This document shows, in pieces, positions 54,028-64,000 of a stretch of 64,000 nt of DNA. The stretch is from the NCBI GenBank assembly GCA_951406725.2, contig OX597815.1:160084001-160148000 (forward strand). The letters are read 5' to 3'. This DNA is from Octopus vulgaris. Its lineage: Eukaryota. Numbering within the stretch: position 1 is the stretch's first letter; each line of letters starts with the position of its first letter. The notes below the pieces were generated by a model. The model did no database searches, was not told the DNA's origin, and saw nothing but the letters and a program-made list of their open reading frames with translations. A program made the translations under genes and the position numbers.

Positions 54028-54333
54028 GAGAGTAAAATGCCAATAAACTTGAATGAAGGAATAAAAAATACCAAAAGTCTTAGTTTCCAATTTTGTTTTG
54101 GTCTCAGAGAAATGAAGTTTGCCTTTGTTTAGAGACACAAAAATTGAAAAAAATCTTATAATTTTTCTAATGCTACTTGGCACTTTCTATTTCTGGAAAT
54201 GTTACCAGACAAGAATGATGGTTTCTCATAGATATTTTCTTCATTTGTTTCTGTTCCTAATGATTAAATTCAAAGCATAAAAATCAATAAAAATTCATAC
54301 ATGTATGTATATATGAATATGCGCACATACACT

Positions 54334-54383
<50 letters not shown>

Positions 54384-54399
54384 CATGTCATTCATCATT

Positions 54400-55390
54400 T
54401 CCTCATGGAGGCAATTACTAGTGACTGAGACCTTTGGTGATATGCATTGCTTGAGAAGACCTGTCAAGATAAGTGAAATCATAGTTGTGGCCAATGCTGG
54501 TGTCACGTAACTGGTCAGTGGCACATAAAAAACCCTTTCAAGTGTAGGGCCTCATGGAGGCTGTGTAGCAAATACTGGTGTTGCATAACTAGCAACCATG
54601 CCAGTGGTACATAAAAAGTACCTTTCAAGTGTTGGGCCCATGGAGGCATTGACATATGACTGAGACCTTAAGCAATATGTCGTGCTCAAATAGGAGGAGA
54701 CCCAGCAAGCCAAGTGAAATCATAGTCGTGACAGATGCTGGTGGTATGTAAAAGTGCCCATTATACACTTGGAGTGGTTGGGATTAGGAAGGGCATTCAG
54801 TTGTAGAAACCATGCCAAATCAGTAAGGTGGTGAGCTGGCAGAATTGTTAGCACTCTGGGCGAAATGCTCAGTGTTTTTTTGTCTGCCGCTACATTCTGA
54901 GTTTAAATTCTGCCGAGGTCGACTTTACCTTTCATCCTTTCGGGGTCGATTAAATAAGTACCAGTAATGCACTGGGGTTGTTATAATCAACTTAATCCGT
55001 TTGTCTATCCTTATTTGTCCTCTCTGTGTTTATCCCCTTGTGGGTAGTAAAGAAATAGGTATTTCGTCTGCCATTACATTCTGAGTTCAAATTCCGCTGA
55101 GGTCGACTTTGTCTTTCATCCTTTCTGGGTCGATAAATTAATTACCAGTTATGCACTAGGGTTGATAAATTAATTATCAGTTACGCACTAGGGTCAATAT
55201 AATCGACTTAATCCCTTCGTCTGTCCTTGTTTGTTCCCTCTATGTTTAGCCCCTTGTGGGCAATAAAGAAATAAGAAGACATGCCAAATCAGAGTGGAGT
55301 CTGGTGCAGCCCCTCAGCTTACCAGGCTTGGTCAAGCCAGCCAACCCATGCCAGCCTGGACAATAGATGTTAAATAATAATGATGATGAC
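54400..55390 (+). mobile_element. RTE 3' UTR fragment with nested SINE A multimer (54825-55278)
   Basis: Target duplication catgccaaatcag at 54811 and 55280; (ATG)n tail. Confidence 0.85.
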
Positions 55391-55410
55391 GATATATATA
55401 TATATCTATC

Positions 55411-55441
<31 letters not shown>

Positions 55442-55979
55442 TGTACACACACACACACACATATATATATATATGTACAACTTAAATAGTAGATAAAGGG
55501 CAAATTTAAGTGTTTCTCTGTAGACTGAAAAAAAAATGAACAACTTTAATTGATTTTCGAACCTTATTGAGTTCTCATTAGAACTGTCTGTATCATTCTG
55601 ACCAATCCTAGAGAAATTAGCAGTCAACAATCTGTTTATAGACTCTACAAATTGTAAATAGAGAAAACTGGAGCCATTGATTTGCCTATAATTGTTTAAC
55701 ACTTTATTTAAACAATTGCACAAAGTACTGTGCACACATGCGTGTGTGCTTGATCGGTTACAATGATGAGCATGCTAGTTGATTTGCTCAATGGAACAGC
55801 CTGCTCATGAAATTAAGGGGTAAGTAGCTGAGTACTCCACAGATATGTGTACCCTTAATGCAGTTGTCAGGGAGATTCAGCATGACACAGAATGTGACAA
55901 GGCTGGCTCATTGAATTACAAGTACAACTCCTTTTTGCTAACTGAATGAACTGGAGCAATGTGAACATTTCTTGCTCTT

Positions 55980-56483
55980 TGGGAAATCTTCTGCAGATTG
56001 TGTGAGACCATTTCAATACTGACACCAAGTGCCTGAGGCATTTCTCTGACACTTAGACATGGGTTTTCTTCAACAATTACTTTCAATTGTTCATTGTCAA
56101 GACTGCATGACCGTCCTCTACTTTCTTCATCTTTAAGGCTTTCATCATCACTACGGAATTCCTGAAACCACCGTCGTACTGTGTGATCCCTTGTGGACCC
56201 TCTCCCCATGCTCTGTTGATATTGGCAGCAGTTTGGGAGGCATTGTGCCCAAGCTTGAACTTGTGCAAGAAAAGTAAGCAAAGGTCCTTTTTGTCATGTT
56301 CATAAATAAGGGCGCTTATGCTTCAAGAATGTTTTCTGTCTGAAATAAGAAGAAGATTATTAAAGAACATACATCAATTATTAAGTATGTCGAAATTTAC
56401 CAAAAGTATAATTAAAATACTATGATAAAATTGCATTTCAAAACACAACACTTAGAGTGACCATTATTTTCAGAACAACCTAA
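55980..56483 (-). mobile_element. mariner (Hsmar1/SETMAR-like) 5' fragment with TIR
   Basis: TA|TTAGGTTGTTCTGAAAATAATGG TIR; FKLGHNASQTAANINRAWGEG / TVRRWFQEFRSDDESLKDEESRGR..LDNEQLKVIVEENP. Confidence 0.9.
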
Positions 56484-57475
56484 TACATACAGGGTTACTG
56501 AAGAAAACTCTGAGAAGAGGTGAAATCAAGGGTTGTTTTATTGTACCTGTTGATGTAAAAGGTAATGTTAATTTCTCTATAGGCATAAGGCTATATGTTT
56601 AGTGAGATGGATATAGTTAATTATAGTAACTCAGCATCTGACATGTATTACTTTCAATTTTCTTCAGAGGAGATGAAACTTTAAAGGGTCCAATGACTTT
56701 CTAGAAGTATCAGTCAAATTTCTCTTATATCACACACCCACTAGCTTAAAAATGGAACACAGTTGATGATGTAGTCCTAGGTCTATATTATTTTAAAATG
56801 AATTACTGTAATACCTTTCATTATAAATTTACTCAGTCAGAGCTGACAGAGGGGAAAACCAAAGTGAACAGTAACTGGTATCTATTTTATCAACCTTGAC
56901 TGAAGGACATAAAGAAAAACAATAGCCTAAGCAAGATTTGAACACAGAATATGTACTAAATACATGATATTTTCCACTATTGCTCTACCAATCTTGTCAT
57001 CCATCTAATAGGTGGATTATAAAGTGAATGGAAAATAACTGCTAAATCATTACATTGTTAATGATTTTTGTAGAAAGATTATTTGATTACTCATATCTTG
57101 TGGTTATGAAAAGGAGACCAGGTAAACTCTTATAGTTAAGTTGAGAAGAAACCATCTGAAATTCCATGCATAACATGATTATGTATTTGTGACATGATAT
57201 AGAACTTTTCTTCTTTTTCGCTTATTTGAAAATAACATTTAAATGGTGTTGTTATTGGCCTTCCTCCCATTGAAGGTTGGATTTCACCTAAAATGTCATG
57301 TGGAATAAGAAACCTCTTAGCTGAAAGTCAGATAAGGAGTTACAAGCAACAATTCTACTAACTTACTGTTTTGTACAATTCAATTATCAGAGCTAATTTA
57401 ATGAAAAGATCTTGGCCACAAAATATCTAGCCTTATGTGTATAAAAGAAATGATTAGTAATATACTCTACAGTTA

Positions 57476-57706
57476 GGATGGCAAATTGGTAGAATCGTTA
57501 GCATGCCGGGTAAAATGCTTAGTGGTATTTCATTTGCCGTAATGTTCCGAGTTCAAATTCCGCCAAGGTCAGTCTTGCCTTTCATTCTTTCGGGGTCGAT
57601 TAAATAAGTATCTGTTATGCACTGGGTCAATATAATCGACTTAAACCCTTTGTCTGTCCTTGCTTGTCCCCTCTATGTTTAGCCCCCTGTGGGCAATAAA
57701 GAAATA
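57476..57706 (+). mobile_element. SINE family A monomer with 17-bp TSD
   Basis: aatatactctacagtta at 57459-57475 and 57707-57723. Confidence 0.9.
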
Positions 57707-59319
57707 AATATACTCTACAGTTATGAGATCAAATCCTGCCTGAGTCAACTTCTCCTTTTCTCCTTCTAGGGTTAATAAAATAAAGTGCCACTCTAGTACT
57801 GGAGTCAAATTAGTTGACTACAGCCTCAATAAAAATTTCTAGCCCTATACCTCTATTAAAAAAAAAAAGAACATTAATCTCATTGTGTCACATGTTTTGG
57901 AATGGAGGCAACATATCCCTGTACGACATAAGAAGCAACTGAGAGGGTTGGCATAAGGAAGGGGCTAGTCAATTAAATTGACCCCAGTGCTCAACTGGTA
58001 CTTATTTCATCGAGTCCAAAAGGATGAAAGCAAAGTTGATCCCAGGGGTATTTGAACCTGGTGTGTAAAGATGGACAAAATGCCACTAAGCATTTTGCCT
58101 GGCATGCTAATGATTCTGCCAGCTTGCTGCTTTAGAGGACCTACTCATATTGGTCAAACAAACTCATTGGGACTGGACACTGCCAAATCAGTTACACCCC
58201 ATGTGGTAATTGTTGCTAAAATACTACACCCTATTGAATGACATTACCATCATTGAGTTTATCTACTATATGTAAAGAAATGTTGTCACTAATGTCAAAA
58301 AAGTAATGTTAACATGGACTAAAGAAAAAAACATTATGGCTACTATGATAGCAAAAAATTAATTAAAAAAATCAACAGGGTTCTGAATACATAGAAACCA
58401 TTCTAAATTTTAGATAATTTATCACATTTCATTGAGGATGTCAAGTAATTGGATTGACAGACTGAACATAAGCCACTTTTGTCTGTAAATCTTTAATCTT
58501 TTACTTGTTTCAGTCATTAGACTGTGGCCATGCTGGGGCACCATCTTGAAGAAAATGTAAAGGAGTCAACATGTCCTGTGTCCATGAGACTTTAAGTAAT
58601 GTGAAGTTAAGTCAAACTGCATTTAATAATTAAATATAATATGAGGAACGCAGTGTGATTTGCCTATCTCTCAGGTTCTCTTTCAGCTTCTAATATCCCA
58701 TTGGGTTACATATGAAAGGTGACCTAGCCACCTAACATATCACCAGAATGTAACAGCAAATTCCTTCTCTAGCTTGTATATCCACATGTGTCTCTCTGCC
58801 ATGACTGCCCCAAAGCAAAGAGGCCCATGCTCATTGTACTTCCACCCACGTGGCCTCCCTCACTCCTGCTCTTTCAGTACAGACCCTCAGCCATTGACAT
58901 CACTGACCCTTTATTGCTGGTTCACCTCTTCCTCACAATAAATGAATAACTAAATAATTCTGCATGTTTGAGTTTGTTAAACCTCATGCATGAAACTCAG
59001 TCTACTGACATGGCTTTGGTCAATCCAAGGTGCTACACAGTGGGACTGAACCCCAAACCACATGGCTGGGAAGTGAACTTCTTAACTACACAGCCATGTC
59101 TGTTCCAAAGTAGAAAACCAATGTGAAAGTGTCTAATAGCTTACATAACATATGCCATAATTTATCCTTTATCTTTTAAAAAAAATAAAATGGAAATCAA
59201 TTCTGAGAAGACAAATGAAATATAAATGAAAATTGGGTTTGTAGTCATAATGTTTTTGTACATCATTTGTTCATTAACCCTGAAGCAGACTACAGTTGTA
59301 AGCAATGTATCCTGTGTTT

Positions 59320-59763
59320 ATGTGTGTGTGTGTGTATGTGTGTATGTGTGTATGTATGTATGTATGTGTGTGTGTATGTGTGTATGTATGTAAGTACTCA
59401 CACACACATAAATATACAATTTTGGATATATATACACAATGAAGTACATATGCACATTTACATATGTTTGTGCATCTATTAATAGACATATATATGTACA
59501 TATATATTTACAAATGTATATATGTGTGTATAAATGTGTGTATATATGTATCTATATGTGTGTGTGTATAAATATACAGACACACATATATAAATGTGTA
59601 TGTATATGTGTGTGTATATATATATATGTGTGTGTGTATATATGTGTGTAAGTTTGTGTGTATGGGTGTATGTGTATGTATGTATATATATTAAAAATGG
59701 GGAAGGAATATATACTGCTCTACATCTTAGAGTGTGCTTCTTTTGTATATATGTTTTTTACAA

Positions 59764-59795
<32 letters not shown>

Positions 59796-59800
59796 CTCAG
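59320..59800. repeat. compound (TG)/(TA)/(TATG) low-complexity tract
   Basis: Direct observation. Confidence 0.9.
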
Positions 59801-60332
59801 ACAATTGCTTCAGTTTATTCGATAAAAAAACAAAATGAATAAATAAATAAATAGGGAATAAAAAAATTCTACAAACAGTTTTAAATTGATTTTGAAAAAA
59901 ATTCTTATGTATTGGTTTTTGTTTGGATTTACCATTATATTATTATACTCTACAAAAGTTGAAACTTTATAATGTATATCTCAAAAATTTTCCTTGATGT
60001 ACATTATTTCGATAAATCAGTCAGATAAATGGATTTATTGATATATCTGCTGTTTTTCTAAAAATCTTCATGAAGGAAAGAATTCCCTGATATTCTCATA
60101 AAAGTGAAGGAGAAAAGAATTAATGTTCTAATAGAATTACTTGGTTATTTTTTTTGTATGTATGCTTGGTTTGTATTGTTTTCCTTTTCATTGCTTTTTG
60201 TTACGTCTTCTTTAATTAATAGATTAATGATTAAAGATTTTAAATATGTAAGTGCATCTATATATTTATGTTTTTGTGTTTGTGTGTGTTTTTGCATGTG
60301 TTAATATATATGAATATGTATGTTATATTTCA

Positions 60333-60597
60333 GGATGGTCATTTTTTTTCTTGTCTAATTCTTCACCCATTTATCATTGTTCTTATTTCCTCTTACCTCC
60401 TTTGTCTGGCAAACATCCACCACACCTGTGACCTCTTCAGCAACTCTTCCATCTCATGTGTCTCATGTGTCTCCTCCTGTTCTGTTTAGTGTGATAAAAG
60501 ATTTCCAGACAATGGATACACGAGGAAATAAGAACAATAATAAGCAAGTGGAGAATGAATATACAGAGCATGTGACAAGATAAAATAATGGCCATCC
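60333..60597. mobile_element. foldback/MITE with long imperfect inverted arms
   Basis: ggatggtcatt..tcttgtc / gacaaga..aatggccatcc and attgttcttatttcctc / gaggaaataagaacaat. Confidence 0.7.
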
Positions 60598-60681
60598 CAA
60601 AATATAATAATATCTGTTTCAACACACAATTTCACATCAGGAATCTTGCAAAACAAATTCATAAGCGAGATGTATAGGTCT

Positions 60682-60957
60682 GTGAAGGTGCATTGCTCAG
60701 TGGTTAGAGCTTTAGGCTCACAATCATGAGATAGTCAGTTTGATTCCTAGACTGGGCTGTGTGTTGTGTTCTTGAGCAACACATTTCACTTCATGTTGCA
60801 CCAGTTCACCCAGCTGTTGAAATGAGTTGCAACATCACTGGTGCCAAGCTTTTCCCTTTCCCTTGGATAACATTGGTGGTGTAGAGAGGGGAGGATGGTA
60901 TGCATAGGCAACTGCTGGTCTTCCATAAACAACCTGACCTAGACTTGTGCCTCAGAG
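60682..60957 (+). mobile_element. SINE family C
   Basis: Matches 43930-44280. Confidence 0.85.
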
Positions 60958-61488
60958 GACAAATGAAATATACACCAACCAAAGTTGTTGTTGACAAATA
61001 ACAGCAGTAATTCTATTCAGCTGAATACGCGTCATTGATTGGTTGAATTTACCGAAATACGACAACTTTAACACGAAACAGCTTCGTAAATAGAAACTTT
61101 TCTCAACAAATCTAAGAGTAAAAGATGTTTTATATGACACATTGTACCAGTGTTTGAAGTTTGAAACTGTTTAGTTACAAAAAATTAATTTTTGATCTGC
61201 TGTTGAAATCCTAGTAAAAAGATCCTCAGATTCTTTCAAGTGTTTGATTTTTGCACAAGGATTGACAGATAAAAGGGATGTTTTTTTGTTGTTTGTTAAA
61301 AAGTTCATTTCTATGTTTTTGTTTTTGTTTCTCATTGTATTCAACGTTTTTTTGATGTCCTGTACCCATATATGCATGTATACACACATATATATGTAGG
61401 TATGTACATATATGTATGTATATATGCATATATTTATATATTTTTTATATTATATGATCGAACGCCATGCATCTTTTCCAAGTAAGTT

Positions 61489-61581
<93 letters not shown>

Positions 61582-61771
61582 CACATATACATGACGGTTT
61601 CCATCATGACGGTTTCAGTTTCCATCAAACCAAATTCACTCTCAAGGCTTTGGTTGGCCGGAGGCTAAAGTAGAAGACACTGGCCTAAGGTGCCACACAG
61701 TGGGACTGAACCCAGAACCATGTAGTTGGTAAGCAAGCTATTCTCCATACACCCATGCCTGCACCTACTTT

Positions 61772-62105
61772 TACTTTTAGCTCTGAGCCACACAAAACCT
61801 TGAGAATAGATCAGTTATATGGCAACCAAAAGAAGACTATCATTATATATATATATATATCATCATCATCATCATCGTCGTTTAACGTCCCCTTTCCATG
61901 CTAGCATGGGTTGGACGATTTGACTGAGGGCTGGCAAACCAGATGGCTGCACCAGGCTTCAATCTTGATCTGGCTAAGTTTCTACAGCTGGATGCCCTTC
62001 CTAACGCCATATATATATATATATATATATATAAGGATAGTCTTCTTTTGGTTGCCATATACCTGATCTATTCTCAAGGTTTTGTGTGACTCAGAGCTAA
62101 AAGTA
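61772..62105. repeat. 70-bp inverted duplication (61772-61841 / 62036-62105) around a (TA)n-flanked RTE 3' fragment (61861-62008)
   Basis: Reverse-complement match with 2 mismatches. Confidence 0.9.
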
Positions 62106-63659
62106 GAAGGCACTTGCTCAATATGCCATGTAGTGAGACTGAACACAAAACCACATAGCTGAAGGTAAACTTCACAACCACACAGCTGTGCCCATACCTA
62201 TGTGTATACACAGATGCACACTCACACACACATACAAATAATCACATTATGCTGTTGCTTCTGCCTACACTTTCAAGATATGCATATCTAACAAGGGAAG
62301 GTAGAAAATGTTTGTATGTTTGCATTTCCATCTGTAAGTGTGTGTGTGTGTTGTGTGTATAAGTTTATCTATGTTTGTGAGTGCATGTATATGTATGTAT
62401 TGCATGTGTGACTATATATATAATCAAACACATTTATGTTTTCTCACGTAAAAAAAATTGAAAGCATAACAAAATTGTTCACATATGCATAAGAGTGGCT
62501 GTGTGGTAAGTAGCTTGCTTACCAACCACATCGTTCCGGGTTCAGTCCCACTGTGTGGCACCTTGGGCAAGTGTCTTCTACTATAGCCTCAGGCTGACCA
62601 AAGCCTTGTGAGTGAATTTGGTAGATGGAAACTGAAAGAAGCCCATTGTATATATGTATATGTGTGTATATGTTTGTGTGTCTGTGTTTGTCCCCCCAAC
62701 ATTGCTTGGCAATTCTATTCCAAACACTTACTCCACATAAAAACTTTCAGACAAAGCATGCAATGGAAAATGTAAAGCAGCACTACACACATACACACAC
62801 AAAAGATAAAACGGTAAATTTTGGGATTGAAATCCTAGGAAGTGTCTGGCATAAAGTAAAATTTAGATGTCTAAAAAAAAATAATTAACAGATATGGCCT
62901 TGTGGTTATGAAGCTTGTTTTGTAACTACGTGATTTTGAGTTCAGTCCCACCTCTGTTCACCTTTGGTATGTGTCTCCTACTATTGCCTCAGGTCTACCA
63001 ATGACATGTTTGTTAAATGGAAACAGTTTGGAACCTGTCATGTGTATGTGTGTGTGCAAATGTGTGCATGTAATGTATGCATGTGTGTGTATATGTGTAT
63101 GTGTGTGTACATATGTGTGCATGTAATCTATGTATATGTGTATGTGCATATATGTGTATGTGTGTATGTGTGTGTGTGCATGTATGTGTATGTGTGTGTG
63201 TGTGTGTATGCTTCTGTATATGGTGTATATGTCTTTCAATTTGTGTTTTTCTGCCTCCTCTTCAGACTTCTTGACAACCAGAATTGATTTGTTTAAATCC
63301 CCATAGTATTAGTGGTTCGGCAAATGAGATTGATAGATTAAGTACCACACTTTCAAAATTGTATTTGGGTCAATTTGTTTGACTAATCCCATCTAGGCAG
63401 TTCTCCAATATGGCTACAGTCCAATGACTGAAACAAATAAAAGATAAAAATCTTGTCATGCATTATAGTAACACAAACTTCATAATGACTATTCTCCTGT
63501 TCTTGTACTTTTTCTGTGAAATGAAGGACAATGTCATCAAGATTCATGTTTCTGACACATTATCTACTCATGAAAATTATGCCTAAATTGTCCAGCCTGT
63601 TGATGTTTATATCCTGCACTGTTTACAAGCAGTGTTACAATATAATTTTAAACAGTTTT

Positions 63660-64000
63660 GGATGTGTGGTAAGTAACTTGCTTACCAACTACATGGTTCT
63701 GGGTTCAGTCCCACTGAATGGCACCTTGGGCAAGTGTCTTCTACTATAGCCTTGGGCCGACCAAAGCCTTGTGAGTGGATTTGGTAGATGGAAACTGAAA
63801 GAAGCCTGTCGTATATATGTATATATATATGTATGTGTGTGTATATGTTTGTGTGTCTGTGTTTGTCCCCCCAACATCGCTTGACAACCGATGCTGGTGT
63901 GTTTACATCCCCGTAACTTAACAGTTCAGCAAAAGAGTCCAATAGAATAAGTACTAAGCTTACAAAGAATAAGTCCTGGGGTCGATTTGCTCAACTAAAG
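63660..64000 (+). mobile_element. SINE family B running off the window end
   Basis: Matches 17347-17740. Confidence 0.9.

Noticed and set aside
55916-56281. SETMAR-like gene
   Set aside because: Frameshifted, truncated mariner with a TIR; no SET domain
10819-63287. Many ORFs with [16 protein letters not shown] or poly-S/H runs
   Set aside because: Translations of microsatellites and SINEs, not genes

Overview
AT-rich, microsatellite-rich animal genomic DNA, dominated by transposable elements. The SINE/RTE repertoire looks like Octopus (coleoid cephalopod); this is pattern recognition, not a database result. No complete protein-coding gene is visible. A few short + strand exon candidates (3161-3244, 38173-38270, 41535-, 51675-51761) suggest large introns of an unidentified gene. 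Elements present: dozens of tRNA-derived SINEs in about 5 families, one nearly full-length decayed RTE LINE with many 3' fragments, and old CR1-like, RTE and L1-like LINE relics. Also Ty3/Gypsy relics, mariner, Tigger, piggyBac, Academ and Helitron relics, and Penelope-like hairpin fragments. Most unusual features: (i) repeated local inverted duplications, one a 53-nt near-perfect intronic complement of a candidate exon and so a possible new ADAR editing/splicing duplex; (ii) a Gypsy relic with integrase upstream of RT/RNase H; (iii) foldback elements with hammerhead-like cores. Coordinates of degenerate repeats are approximate.
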